Assembly: GCA_951406725.2 (NCBI GenBank)
Contig: OX597817.1
Span: forward strand, 175,770,001 to 175,834,000
Direction: 5' to 3'
Length of the DNA stretch: 64,000 nt
Origin: Octopus vulgaris
Taxonomy: Eukaryota
The notes beneath the pieces were generated by a model that had not been told where the DNA came from, ran no database searches, and saw nothing but the letters and a program-made list of their open reading frames with translations. Positions 38,855-52,310 of the stretch are shown here, piece after piece. Numbering within the stretch: the stretch's first letter is position 1; the number at the start of each line of letters is the position of its first letter. Made by a program: the position numbers and the translations under genes.

Positions 38855-39163
38855 AACCAACCACATGGTTCCGGGTTCAGTCCCACTGCGTGGCACCTTG
38901 GGCAAGTGTCTTCTAATATAGCCCCGGGCTGACCAATGCCTTGTGAGTGGATTTGGTAGACGGAAACTGAAAGAAGCCTGTTGTATATATGTATATATAT
39001 GCGTGTGTGTGTTTGTGTGCCTGTGTTTGTCCCCGATGCTGGTGTGTTTACGTCCCCGATAGAATAAGTACTGGGCTTACAAACAATAAGTCCCGGGGTC
39101 GATTTGCACGACTAAAGGTGGTGCTCCAGCATGGCCGCAGTCAAATGACTGAAACAAGTAAAG
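38855..39163 (+). mobile_element. CORE-like SINE, 5'-truncated
   Basis: accaaccacatggttccgggttcagtccc ... ctccagcatggccgcagtcaaatgactgaaacaagtaaa. Confidence 0.85.
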
Positions 39164-39339
39164 GATAATTTTCGGCAGTATTATTTGTGACTCATGCGGG
39201 AGAAATTCTGGAGGGAGATACGAATTCACTTGTCTATATAAATGTGGATATGCTGATTAGCTTCTGTATGTCCGATGTCGCCTGGTCGGAAATATGGAGA
39301 GTAAGATTTCCTAGCATTTCTAGATTTATTTATCGGAAT

Positions 39340-39399
39340 ATTATGTTGATGAAGGAAATGAATCCCAGATTCTAATCCAGAAACGTATGCGTCCATAAT
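39340..39399 (+). ncRNA. Type I hammerhead ribozyme, U3 variant, in a Penelope-like 3' end (about 39165-39598)
   Basis: Helix I attatg/cataat; TTGATGA at 39346-39352; stem II gga..gaatc-cca-gattc..tcc; GAAA at 39380-39383; quasi-palindromic CGTATGCG; GUC site ending at 39393; (TA)n about 200 nt downstream. Confidence 0.75.
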
Positions 39400-39595
39400 T
39401 GACCGGACACTGTTTGATTTCGTTGTTTTTCTTCGTTTTTTTGCCATAGTGAGTTACAAATACTGTTGTCTGTGGGACATATTTTTGTAGTAAAAGAAAT
39501 AACAGTCGTCTGGCTACTATTTCTAATACTTTCGGTATGTGGTCTAGCAACTTGTTGCAAAGACCCTCATTGTTATAATTATATATATATACCGC

Positions 39596-39635
<40 letters not shown>

Positions 39636-39779
39636 CACACACTGTTGAATTCAGTTTCAATAAACTATATACTCTTCAGTTCTCTTCATCAGCGGTGCGA
39701 CACACTCCGACTCCCAACATGTGTCTTCTATATGAGACAGACAGATGGATCGTATCATAAAATTGTGGGACTGCGGTTC

Positions 39780-39999
39780 CCACTGACAAGCTGCTGTCAA
39801 GTGTAAATAGTAGCTACTTAACGTTACGCTTTCAAATTTTTGGTGGTCAAAGTTGTGACGCCGCTATAGAGTAGGGGTTACCACAGCTATACAGTTTAAG
39901 ACATCAGACGAAGCCAGCAAGGCAAGGGGGCTGCTGCGAGTGTCGCTGGCCATTCTCCGCAGCAACGCCTTTGCAATCATATCTGCGAGACGCGGCTAA
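39780..39999 (+). pseudogene. Possible CRE-like non-LTR retrotransposon C-terminal relic
   Basis: LLRVSLAILRSNAFAIISARRG* resembles the FQRLS.A.QRGNA C-terminal motif; the upstream part is heavily decayed. Confidence 0.3.
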
Positions 40000-40506
40000 A
40001 TACATTTGTTCTGCGAGTGTACAACCAGTTACACTCTCCCATCCCATCTTCTGCTTAAACGCCTTCTTATTTTTTTCTTTGTTTCTTTGGTGAGGTAGTT
40101 ATGGGTTTTTTTATTCTCCCGATAATTTGATCTTTTATACTTTAAAATTATTTTTCTTCCTGTAAAAAAATTATGACTCAATATTGTAATCCAGATCCCA
40201 ACCCAAGTTCTTGTCTTTTATATATAGCTAGGTACACGTGTGTGTGTGTGTGTGTGTGTGTAAAGAGTCCTGCCGATTCATTTGATAAAACGGTACTTAA
40301 GAACCTACAGCAACTTCTCATGAATCTAACAAATTTACACGAACAATGCATGTGTGTATTTATCGTAGAATTGGTGGGGTTTTTTTTTAAGCTTTCGCTT
40401 TCATTTTTATCAAGCAGTATTTTTTACCCTTCTTTTATTCAAATATTTCATATTATACCTGTTTAGGTAGAAATCTTGCTAGCCACCCCATTGAGGCACA
40501 TGAAAT

Positions 40507-40760
40507 TGTTGTCGTGGCCGATGACAGTACCACCTGATTGGCACATAAAAAGCACCAATCGAGCATGATCGTTGCCAGTGCCGCCTAACTGGCTCCTGTG
40601 CTAGTGACACGTAAAAAGCATTGTCCGAGCGTGGTTGATACAAGTGCTGGGTGACAGGTCCTGTGCCGATGGCATGTAAAAAGCACCCACTACGCTCTCG
40701 GAGTGGTTGGCAATAGGAATGGCATCCACTGGTAGAAACTTTGCCAGATCAGATTGGAGG
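40507..40760 (+). mobile_element. Older variant of the RTE-like non-autonomous element with three diverged 5' repeat units
   Basis: Units ending gcac(g/a)taaaaagca(cc/tt), then cactacgctctcggagtggttggcaataggaatggcatcca. Confidence 0.7.
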
Positions 40761-40764
40761 CTGG

Positions 40765-40930
40765 TAGAGCTTCCATAGCCAAGCCAGTCACCAGATATGA
40801 ACACTATAGAATACATCTGGCGGGACAGGAAATTTCATAGACTAAATGAGAAAGCATCTGCAAAGCCAGATCTTTTAAGATTACAGCATGAAACTTGGCA
40901 AGAAATTCCTCAAAAGAATATTCGTCATCT
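40765..40930 (+). pseudogene. Tc1 transposase C-terminal fragment
   Basis: LP*PSQSPDMNTIEYIW...LQHETWQEIPQKNIRHL matches the WPxQSPDLNPIExxW motif. Confidence 0.75.
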
Positions 40931-41286
40931 GAGCGTGGCCGTCCGCCAGCCTCGTCTGGCACCTGTGTCGGTGACACATAAGAAAACACCATCCGAGCGT
41001 GGCCGTCTGCCAGCCTCGTCTGGCACCTGTGTCGGTGGCACATAAAAAACACCATCCGAGCGTGGCCGTCTGCCAGCCTCGTCTGGCACCTGTGTCGGTG
41101 GCACATAAAATCACCCACTACACTCTCGGAGTGGTTGGCGTTAGGAAGGGCATCCAGCTGTAGAAACACTGCCACATCTGACTGACCTGGTGCAGCCTTC
41201 GGGCTTCCCAGACCCCAGTTGAACCGTCCAACCCATGCTAGCATGGAAAGCGGACGTTAAACGATGATGATGATGATGATGATGAT
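40926..41286 (+). mobile_element. Non-autonomous RTE-like retroelement with three 63-bp repeats and (GAT)n tail
   Basis: Nearly identical to 28467-28829. Confidence 0.85.
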
Positions 41287-41818
41287 CAGTAAGATGCTTA
41301 ACAGGGTCCTTGCCTTGAAAAACGCAAAGGGCATGTCAACTAAATATTAAATATTCACATTATAATGACTAACAAATAATTTGAATCTATAATTTGAGAT
41401 TTAAATAAATTTTGATGATTATAAGTTTGTCTATTTACTTCTGTCATGTCTGTATATATGCATATATATACATATATTTATATATATATATGCACATATA
41501 TATACATATATGTATATATATGCATATATATACATATATGTATATATATATATGCATATATGGCACCTTGGGCAAATGTCTTTTACTACGTTTACAGTGA
41601 TCAAATGCTTGTGCATAGCATTACCTCACTGTCTCCATCAAATCGATGTTGTCAGAACATATGCACAATGTACCACGCATCAGGTGTCAAAGTGATCATA
41701 GAGCAACATGACATGAAGTGTTTGGCTCAAGAAAACAATACACCACCCAGTCTATGATTTGAAATCGCGATCACTAGATCACAAGTGCCACACCCTAACC
41801 ACTAGGCCAGGGGCCCTC

Positions 41819-41851
<33 letters not shown>

Positions 41852-42552
41852 GTGCTGGTGGCACGTAAACGCAACCATTATACTCTTAGAGTGGTTGGTG
41901 TCAGGAAGAGAATCCAGTCATAGAAAACCAGGCCAAATCAAACTGAAATCTGGTGCAGCTTTCCAGCCATGCCAGTATGGACAACAGATGTTAAATGATG
42001 ATGATGATGCGATACACATATATACATACACACACACACATCTGATTCCTTCTCTCCCTCTCTCTCTTGGTCACTGCTTCTTCTCTGATTCCTTCTCTCC
42101 CTCTCTCTCTCGGTCACTGCTTCTGTCCTCGCCTTCCACCCTCCTTGGCCCCTTCTCTCTCTTACCCTCTTGCGACTTGCTGCCTCAGCCATTCTGTTGC
42201 CATCGGCCGCTTGTTCAACATGTGTCTTATCACCAAAAAGGTAATTATTTTTCCACGCTTGCTGATATTGTTTTTGTGTCTCTCTTTTTGTCTCAAAGCC
42301 GTAGGGCGCCTGTGTCATCCTTGTTTTTAACCGTTATTGTCTCCAAAAAAGATTTTTCGTTTCATGTTCGTCTCTCTTGCGTTGCATTCTTTCCTTCTGT
42401 GGCTGGCTGCTTCAGAGCGGATCTCAGAATTAAACAGCCGAAATCTGCGATGAGGGATCAGTTTCTGACTGAAGAATGAAGGCTTTGAATGACCCATTTG
42501 TCTTTTTGTTCGTCCCTTCGTGTATTTCACGTTATTTATTTATGTAAAGGTT

Positions 42553-42595
<43 letters not shown>

Positions 42596-42712
42596 TATAA
42601 ATGCACATGTATACATATATACACACATATACAAGTATATTCATTCATATGGATCTTTATCTGTGAATATATACATACTAGTATATAAGCGTAAATAAGA
42701 ATATGTGTATAT

Positions 42713-42764
<52 letters not shown>

Positions 42765-43146
42765 CTGAGGATCTACAAAAATAGACAGGAGACAGATTGT
42801 GTGATGCAATTAGGTTGCAGCTACTTGAAAAATGTTTATGTGCTGTATGTATGATTATAGATGCAGGTGTGGCTGTGTGGTAGAAAGTTTGCTTCCCAAC
42901 CATATGGTTCCAAGTTCAATCCCATCGTGTGGCATCTTGAGGAAGGACCATCCCTTATAGCTGCAAGCAACCAAAAGCTTTCTGAAAGGATCTGGCAGAT
43001 GGAAATTGAAAGAAACTCATCATACATGGATGTGTGTACTTGTCATCATGTGTTAGTTGTAAATGACAGTCACTCGCACAGAAGCAGCGTCATTCATTTC
43101 CAATATTCAGCAAAGATCATATTTGGCCATAGGGAAACATTAGCTT

Positions 43147-43538
43147 ACTCTTTTACTTGTTTCATTCATTTGACTGCGGCCATGCTGGAGCACCACCTTT
43201 AGTCGAGCAAATCGACCCCCAGGACTTATTCTTTGTAAGCCTAGTACTTATTCTATCGGTCTCTTTTGCCAAACCACTAAATTACGGGGATGTAAACACA
43301 CCAGCATCAGTTGTTAAGTGATGTTGGGGGGGACAAACACACTCACATATATATATATATATATATATATATACACGAAGGGCTTCTTTCAGTTTCCATC
43401 TACCAAATCCACTCACAAGGCATTGGTCGGCCTGGGGCTATAGCAGAAGACACTTGCCCAAGGTGCCACGCAGTGGAACTGAACCTGGAACCATGTGGTT
43501 GGTAAGCAAGCTACTTACCACACAGCCACTCCTGTGCC
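43147..43538 (-). mobile_element. Full-length CORE-like SINE with TSD tagctt
   Basis: Same family as the 32391 copy; tagctt at 43141-43146 and 43539-43544; several CpG-to-TpG/CpA changes. Confidence 0.9.
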
Positions 43539-43879
43539 TAGCTTGCTTAGAAACAGGTGAGGGTTGTCAGCAGGAAGTGCACCTGACTAGAAAATCTGCT
43601 TCATATAAACTCAGTCCCACTAAACAAGCACAGAAAAGTGACCATTAAATGATTATCATGATGACTGTGTTTGTGTGTGTGCTCGTTTATATACACACAC
43701 ACACACAGACTAACCTATGGAAGGTTTTTAGCCACCTGTTGGTTTTTCAATTTTTTTTCTACTTGAATAGTTTTCTCTTCTTTGCAGGTACCTATATGAA
43801 TTTAACTGTGTTTTGGGATTAATTTTAACTATATCGATAAAGTCAGTGCCCCAGCATAGCAGCTGTTCAATGAAAATTT

Positions 43880-44741
43880 GTTACAGACATTACAAATTCT
43901 CTGGATATGTCACTGTTTCATATAAGGACAGTACTGAAAGTCTGTGGATATAAATGAAGAGTTGCAAGAAATAGACCAAGGATTCCAAAAGCTAATAAAA
44001 TCAAAAACATTCAACAGAACTAGAGAGTTCTGAAACAGAAAATGACAAGATTTAGTCATCAATAATATGGTCTGATGAAAGTAAACTCTACAAATTTTCT
44101 TATTTAAGTCAAAACTATGTGTGACAGAGTAAAACTGAAACATTTGAGTAAGACCATTTCCACAGAACTGTTAAACATAAAGGATATGGAATTATGGATT
44201 GAATGGAGAGGGATCTGCAAGGGTGGCAGGCTAATCAGAGCTCAATTTTGTTGAAAAATCATTTATATAACCCAAAATACTACCAAATACTTAAAGGGAA
44301 TCTAATAATCATTTATTCCAATGCAGGAATTTGCAAGAAGACCACTCTTTTTCATGAAGAGGAGTTTCATGCTGTACAAGCAAGAAAGAGATCTCATGTT
44401 TGGTAAATAACTCACAGAACCCAGTCTCTGAAACGGGTTACTCAAATCCCAGTTTTAATCCAACAGAACAGATATGAAAACATCGTGATAAAAGGGGGAG
44501 AGCAAAATCATTGCAAGTAACCGCAACTGAAGAGCTGGAAAAGTAGCTGAATATGGATTAGTCTGGCATTGATAATCTAATCAAATCCATGCTTAATCAT
44601 GTGGAACCATATTAAGTACAGGAGGGACAATAAAACACTGAGACAAACTCATATATTCAAGATAATTATTCATGAAGTTAATACAAGTTAAATTATCCTT
44701 GCATTTTATAATCCCAACTCTGAAGTTTTTGTAAGCCACTG
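43880..44741 (+). pseudogene. Decayed Tc1 element (transposase relic plus right terminus)
   Basis: IIWSDESK (44062-44085), TVKH, FNPTEQI and LIKSM in order; ends ...gccactg|TA. Confidence 0.7.
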
Positions 44742-45819
44742 TACATGTTGTATATACACACATTGATTCATCTGTTAAAACTGTTAGAAAAAAAAATCAA
44801 TGCTGTTTCTCAGGAGATTTTAATTAATATATGAATGTTTATAAACCTATATAACACACAAACCATCACTCCCACAGCCACTTAGGTAGTTTTACGGTTA
44901 ATAAAAGTTTCATATTCTCTATATCTGCATATGATTGTTTGTACAATCAAGCATGTGTATGTGTACGCATGCATGCATGCATGTGCATGCACACATGCAT
45001 GTGCATGCACACATACATACACAAACATGCAGATACATATACATAATTTATATTTATGTGTTCATGTTTGTGAATATTTGCACCTCTCTGAAAACTGTAA
45101 CATTGCTGTAACATTGCTGCCATTTCCAGTCTACAGATTATCTGCTGGCTCTGTGCATTCAAAGATCTGTAAAATAAGAGATCTCTTACTTCAAAAACAA
45201 GGTAGAATTAGTGATAGAGAGGACACCCATCTATAAAAGAGTACCTCCAAATATATGTTTCTAACTCATAACAGCATGGAAAAAAAACATGGAAAAACAA
45301 ACTATGTGTGTAGACATACAGAAAGATAGCTGTGTGTGTGTGTGTGTAGGTGTGCATGTATAAACATGTACATACATGCAATTATTTACATCTTTTATTT
45401 GTATGTATGTAAACCTCTCATCTCCTAGCATAAAGCTGTCTTTCACAAGGTTTGTAGTTTTGGAATCTGCATGGTAACTTCCCTGGTGCTGGTGGTACCA
45501 AGCACAGTTTAAGGTGACTGGGATTAGAAAGAGCATCCAATCATAGAAACCACATCAAAGAAGACTGTAGAATACAATGCAGTCTTCAGACCAGTTGGAT
45601 CTTGTCGAACCATCCAATCCATTACATGTATAGGTGAAGGCACGGCTGTGTGATAAAAAGTTTGTTTGCTAACCCCACATAGCACCTGCAGCTAATACCT
45701 TCTATCACTCAGGCTGACCAAATCCTTGTGAATATATGTGGTAGACAAAAACTGAAATAAGCTCATAGTATGCGCGCGTGTGTGTGTGTGTATATATATC
45801 ACGTGATCACATGACTGAC

Positions 45820-46095
45820 CAGGCTATCAGATGTTGCTACACATCACTGGTCACAATGCGCTTCACATTGTTTTAGCCTTCAACGACGCCACCCCGCTAG
45901 CTAAGCGAGAAGGCCAACAGAAGAAAGTGAGAGAAAGTTGTGGTGAAAGAGTACAGCAGGGATCACCCCCACCCCAGCCCTACTGGAGCCTCATGGAGGT
46001 TTAGGAGTTTTTACCCAATAAACACTCACAACACCCAGTCTGGGAATCAAAACCGCAATCCTACGACCACAAGTCTGCTGCCCTCACCACTGGGC
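45820..46095 (-). mobile_element. tRNA-derived SINE
   Basis: Minus head ggcccagtggtgagggcagcagacttgtggtcgtaggattgcggttttgattcccagac; the tail resembles 9805-9890. Confidence 0.75.
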
Positions 46096-46098
46096 CTC

Positions 46099-46142
<44 letters not shown>

Positions 46143-46146
<4 letters not shown>

Positions 46147-46850
46147 GTAGGGGGTAGCAATTTTCTTCGATAATAGGGCCCCTGGAAGTGATCCTTATAT
46201 ATAGCCAAGGGAAATAACCCATTCATTTTCCTAAATTATTTGGTAAAAATGAAATTGAGTATGCTTATTTCTTAGTATTTGAACTGTCAGAGTTATTTTC
46301 ACAATTTATCCAGTACAACACTTAAACAAGTAAATAGTATTCTCCTAAACAATAGATCCACTTATCTCAGTTAGTGACTTATTCATGAATATACCAACAC
46401 TAGTGTCACGAGGGTAATATTCTTTGGGAACGCACAAAAGCCCTTTTCAGAGTTATTTACTTTGAATTGTTATTATCTCATAGCCTGTTATTATGTAACA
46501 TGCTTCACTATTTTAGTATACATACCTTAATAATATTTCCTCCTATATTCTATATACTCTGGGACCTCATCAAAGCCCTTTCCAGGGCTACCCTATCTGA
46601 ATTCTTACTATCACGTAACTAATTTCATGTAATTACATAACTGACTTCACAATGTGAGTATTCATAACTCATTGGGAATTCTTAAAAACAAAATCCTGTG
46701 TAAGACAGTTTGGTTTACTCTGTAAATGCACGAAAACCGTTTTAAGGGCTACATACTTTGTATTGTTGTTATAGGATTAGCAAAACAATTATGAGAATGG
46801 AACCAAGGGATAAGCTTCAGTTTCGCAGGAATTACCGGGTATGTCAGCTG
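46143..46850 (+). mobile_element. Helitron-like non-autonomous repeat
   Basis: Shares a segment with 30820-30910 and ends cgcaggaattaccgggtatgtcagct, reminiscent of Helitron 3' ends. Confidence 0.4.
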
Positions 46851-47322
46851 CCACATACATATATACTTATGTGTGTGTCACAACTGGTTTAGTCTTTAGG
46901 TCCTTGTAACTTAGTAGCATGGCATAAGAGACCAACAGAATAAGTACCAGACTTCAAAAGAAATAAATATTGGGGCTGACTTTATTCAACTAAACCCTTC
47001 AAAGCAGTGTCCAACGACCAAAATAAGTAAAAGATAAAAGGTATATACACACACCATGGGTTTTCTATAGTTTCCATCAATGAAATTCCACTCACAAAAC
47101 AGCAGTCAGCCCATGAACTACAGTACAAGATACTTTACCAAGCTGGTGCACAGTAATACTGGATCCAAAATCATGTAGTGCCATGTTTTTAAGAAGTTTG
47201 CTAAAATTAAAATAGAGTACCAGTCAAGAACTGGAGGTTAATAGGATCCAGCCCTCAAAACTGTTGACCTTATGCCTAAATTAGAATCTATTATTATTAT
47301 TATTATCATCATTATTATTATT

Positions 47323-48945
47323 AAGGCAGTGAGCTGGAAGAATCATTAACACAATGGATGAAATGCTTAGTGCTATTTCACCTGTTGCTATGTTCTGAGT
47401 TAAAAATTCCGCCAAAGTCAATGCCTTTCATCCTTTCGGAGTCGGCAAATTAAGTACCAGTGACACACTGGGGTTGATTAATTGACTAGTCCCCCCACCC
47501 AACCCCAAATTTGAGGCCATGTGCCTCCAGTAGAAAGGATTATTACCTCCACCTTAGCGAAGGTGGAGGTATTGTTTTCAGTCGTGTTCGCCTATGGACA
47601 AGATATCTCAAGAATCGCTGGATGGATTTGGATGAAACTTTCAGGAATATCTGGCCTTGTGACTGGCACGGTCTCATTACATTTTGGGATTGATCTGGTA
47701 CCAGACAAGCATTCTGGATTATTTTTCCAATTCTTTCTAGTTTACAGGTATATGTAAAGTTACACATAGTTCTCTTGTACACGCACACACATACACTCAC
47801 CCATTTTCAGTGTTGAACATTACCATCCCATTTCCATTGTACACACACATGCATGCAAGCATACCTCTCTTTTACACACACATACAATCACACTTCAAAT
47901 GCCGTTTATCGGTGAGCTGGCAGAACCGTTAGCACGCCGGGTGAAATGCTTAGTGGTATTTCATCTGTCTTTACGTTCTTAGTTCATATTCCGCCAGGGC
48001 TGACTTTGCCTTTCATCCTTCTGGGGTCGATAAATTAAGTACCAGTTGCATACTGGGGTCAATATAATCGACTGAATCCCTCCCCCAAAATTTCAGGCCT
48101 TGTGCCTTGAGTAGAAAAGAATATATATATATATATTTGGATTATTTTTCTGTTTGAGAGCAGTCGGGTTCATTTTTAGTATTCTTGTCTGTCAGAGCAG
48201 TCAATTTTATTTCAGATGTTCTCATTTTAAAAATCATCTCCAGTTAATTGAGAGGACGTTGGTGTTGCATTAGCGGAGGTTTGTGCTGAGTGCTCTTCTT
48301 ATTGTTGTTGTTATTATTAAGGTGGCAAGATGGCAGAATTGCCAGCACACTGGATGAAATGCTTAGCGGCATTTTGCCAGTCACTATGTTCCGAGTTCAA
48401 ATTCTGTTGAGGTCGACTTTGCTTTCCATTTGGTTAGGGTTGATAAATTACCAGTGAAACACTGGGGAGGGGGAGGGGTTAATCGACTAGTCCCCTTCCC
48501 TCAAATTTTAGGCAATGTGCCTATAGCAGAAAGGATTATTATCATTATTATTATTATTACTCGGAATCCAAATTCAGCTGAGGTCAACTTTGCCTCAATC
48601 CATTCAGGGTCAGTAAAATAAGTACAGGTCAAATAAATACTGGGATAGATGTAATTAACTCCACACCTCCTCTCAAAAACCGCTGGCCCTGCACCAAAAT
48701 CTGAAACCATTGTCTCCAGTTAATTAAGGTGGTGAGCTGATTGAATCGTTATCACACCTGACAAACTGCTTAGTGACATTTCGTCCATCTTCACGTCCCG
48801 AGTTCAAATCCAGCCAAGGTTAACTTTACCTCTTGCCCTTTTTAGAGTCAATAAAATAAGTACCAGTAGAGCACTGGGGTCTATGAAATCAACTAGCCCT
48901 GTCTCCCAAAATTTCAGGCCTTGTGCCAATAGTAGAAAGGATATG

Positions 48946-48982
<37 letters not shown>

Positions 48983-49310
48983 GCTGGCTCAAGGAGGCAA
49001 GCTGACAGAATTGTTAGTATGCCAAGTATATATATATATATATATATATATTAGGTAGGGGGTAGCAATTTTCTTCGATAATAGGGCCCCTGGAAGTGAT
49101 CCTTATATATATATGCTTAATGGTATTTCATTTGTCACCACATTCTGAGTTCAAATTCAGCTGAGATCAAATTTGCCTTTCATCATTTTGGGGTTGGTGA
49201 AATAAATACCAGTTACACACTTGAGTTGATTTAACCAACTTTACCCCTCCCCCAAAATTTCAGGCCTTGAGCCTAGAGTAGAAAGGATTATTATTATTAT
49301 TATTATTACA
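47323..49310 (+). mobile_element. Head-to-tail cluster of at least six Nin/Deu-type SINEs
   Basis: Copies start near 47323, 47911, 48320, 48560 (truncated), 48727 and 48992; most end in gaaaggat(tat)n. Confidence 0.85.
47544..48303 (+). mobile_element. Helentron/DINE-like non-autonomous element with nested SINE
   Basis: 5' tacctccacc-ttagcgaa-ggtggaggta hairpin, ggatttggatgaaacttt motif, and 3' gcggaggtttgtgctgagtgctcttct subterminal inverted repeat. Confidence 0.65.
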
Positions 49311-49549
49311 ATCCAGGATCTTGTAATACTAGTTATTATCTAAAGTTAGCAACTATAATTGCGGCAACCACCAAACAGGAAAGCACACTTCTTAATCCGC
49401 CTTTGAAGAACTACCATGCTGTTACATATCTCACTTTATGAAACTGAACAGGCAAATAGAAGCACTTACATAGTTGAAACAGGACTGCAGAACAAGTAGG
49501 GTGTAAGATATCAAAAGAAACTATACAGCTTATTACAAAATTTAACATA

Positions 49550-50128
49550 TTCTTCTACTTGGCTGTGGCCATGCTGGAACACCACCTTAATGGGTTTTAG
49601 TTGAAGAAATCAACCCCAGGACTTATTCTTTGTTAGTCTCATACTTATTCCATGGGCCTCTTTTGCTGAACTGCCAAGTTACAAGGACATAAACACACCA
49701 GCATTGGTTATCAAGCGAGGGGGATGGAACACACACATACACATAAATATATACAAGTGTGTGTAAATATATATATAGAAAATGTGTACTTACATATAAG
49801 AGAACAAAGTGTAAGTATGCCGCTATACAAAATGGGACAAGAATGCAAAACATCCAGACAACTAGGTGATACAGCCGAAATACAAGGCTAGCAATATGAT
49901 GAACAAACCTGTGTCCATAAACCTTTGAACAGGTGAAATCATCAACTTCCCTTTGCTGGCATGGCATCAGGCTTCTTTCAGTTTCCTTCTATTAAATCCA
50001 CTCAAAAGACTTTGGTCAACTAAGACTATAATAAAAGGTATTTGCCCAAGGTGCCACGCAGTGGGACTGAACCCGGAACCATGTGGTTGGGAAGTAAGCT
50101 TCTTACCACACAGCTATACCTGTGCCTA
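49550..50128 (-). mobile_element. CORE-like SINE interrupted by a Penelope-like fragment
   Basis: Tail at 49550-49740 and head at 49968-50128; the insert atacaaaatgggacaagaatgcaaaacatccagac matches 18050-18100 (reverse complement) and 54345. Confidence 0.7.
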
Positions 50129-50320
50129 TATCTATAACAGTTGTAAATTATATTCCAACAATTCCTTGACTTTGGGGGTGTAGGGTTTGTCTGGGTTTTT
50201 TTTTTGGGGGGGGGGGGGTATGAAAGAGAGAAGTGTATATTCATAACTAGCTTAAAAGCTATAGGGTGGATTTTACACTAGTATTTATGTTTTAAGCAAC
50301 TGACCCTGAATGGGAAGATC

Positions 50321-50402
50321 TGCAAACAGATCTCTGACTTGCTTTGGAGAATTTGTTGCAGTTGCTTCCTCCAGAGTCATATCTCAATGATGATCAGATT
50401 CG
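50321..50402 (-). pseudogene. Helitron Rep-Hel coding fragment
   Basis: ESDHH*DMTLEEATATNSPKQVRDLFA resembles the conserved D.HW..TL.EA....SP.Q.R.LFA motif. Confidence 0.6.
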
Positions 50403-51249
50403 TTGTAAAAAATCATTAAAAAAAAAAATTTTTTTTAAATCACTGGAAACAATTTCAGTAATGAAAACATTACAGGATTGCAAGTCTGAATTTGGCCTGC
50501 AATGTTTTTAATTTACTCTCACAGCCTTTAGATTATAAAAATTGTTATCATACAAGAATATTAGTCACAAAAAGTTGTGTAAAAAAAAATCACCGAAAAC
50601 AATCACAGTAATGAAAACTTAGCGATTTGGCAAAAGAGACTGATAGAGTAAGTACTAGGCTTGCAAGGAATAAGACCTGGGGTCGATTTGCTTGACTAAA
50701 GGTGATGCTCCAGCATGGCCACAGTCAAATGGCTGAAACAAGTAAAAGAGTAAAAGCATAATGTAAAATATACTTCCAAGAAACTTTAGCAGAGTAATAT
50801 ATGTAAGCATGTTGTTGTTCTTTTTGTGGAAGTAAATATTAGCTATGCCTGATGGGATAACCTACCTCACAGGATGATATAATAGTTTGTTAGCCACCAC
50901 TAAAGATTATCTAGGAGATGAAAACTCTACTCATCATCACCAAGTGATCACACAAATTTTCTTCCTTTTAGTTACACAATTGACCACCTCTGTCAAGTTC
51001 AAAACTTCAGAACTGTTACAATCAATGCCAGCAAAATGAAAGGTAAATGAGGGCAAATGGTGAAGCTGTTGGATCAGACGTGAGTGGATGAGGGCTTCAG
51101 TAAGATTCCTCAAGAGCAAGGAACAGTGGGTTAAATTCTTCTGGGTGGATAACAGATAAATTGTGGGTTGAGTAGGTAGATCATTAGCAGTTAGACAAAT
51201 TAATTGAGATAAATAAGAGATAATAATTAATAATTAAGCTTAGGCTAGC

Positions 51250-52310
51250 TATGGAGGAAAATGAAAGCAACATTTATCTCTACATACACTTCACAATAAA
51301 AGATGGCAGGTGCACAGAAAGGCCACTTTTATGGGACCCTCTCGCTTCAAATGACCTCATTATCATAGCTGACAATTTTATGGAACTAGTGGGCAATGCC
51401 AAAGAGGCTATCTATATGGTACAAAAAAATGAGATCAACACTCCCGAAATTCTGCGATATGGATGACCTTAGCATTTGCAATGCTAACTTCAGGAAATAG
51501 GCTAGCCACCTGATTGGTTAATCAGGTGAAAACACACTTGATAGACTTTTTTCTCACCAGGAAATGATAGGCAGATAGTTATGAATGATAAGTCGGGTTT
51601 TTTTTTTAGTTTTTTTCTTGGTGAAGAATGTACCACTCAACAAACTCGTGATTAGTAACTTCAGAACAAGAGCTCAACAGACCCATACACAAGACAATCT
51701 GAAGGAAAAAATATGGATGCTGAAAAAAGCCTTCAATCTGTTATAGGTTCAGAGAAGTTCTGATTTATATGACAGGAATGAGGAGACAGAGACTTGTAAT
51801 ATAGAGGACAACTGAGTTTTTCTATATGACAACCTGTTGAGGACCACAGACCAGATCTTTCATTAGTGCAAAGTCACAACCACGTGGTAGTGGATTAGAA
51901 GAATGCTGTAAAAAGAGCCATAAAAGCTATGAGACAAGCTTGGAAACACTAGAAGAAAAGGGCCATCACTAGAAGAGAAGCTAGGCAGAAAAGGGATGAG
52001 CAAGAATTTTATAACATGTGTCCATTGCAAACTATAGATATCCAAGATATTTAGTGGGATTACTAACTAGCTGACAGGGAAGGTAGAAATATTCATAAAC
52101 TAAATTCCATTCATGATGTATTGATAAACCCAAGGCTAGAGTCGAGAATACATGCCCAAGATACTGGACAGTGGAATGTGGTTGTGATGCACTAAAATAA
52201 TGTAGCCTCATCAACACAATAAGAACAAACAAGTTGCACTTTGTTGTTTCTTGCAAGGAAAGTGAAAAAGAATAAGAACAGCCAATACCCACACTTCTAC
52301 ATAGTATTAA
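51250..52310 (+). pseudogene. Decayed RTE-clade LINE (APE endonuclease region onward)
   Basis: Broken motifs IIIADNF (GDFN-like), KFCDMDDLSICNANFRK, SHLI, IDFFLTR and GEECTTQ..LVISNFR. Confidence 0.65.

Noticed and set aside
39640-39695. Minus-strand CTGATGA/CTGAAGA...GAAA hammerhead-like motif
   Set aside because: No convincing stem II, stem III or helix I pairing.
50937-51119. 60-aa minus ORF as a host exon
   Set aside because: No recognisable domain and no clear splice boundaries.
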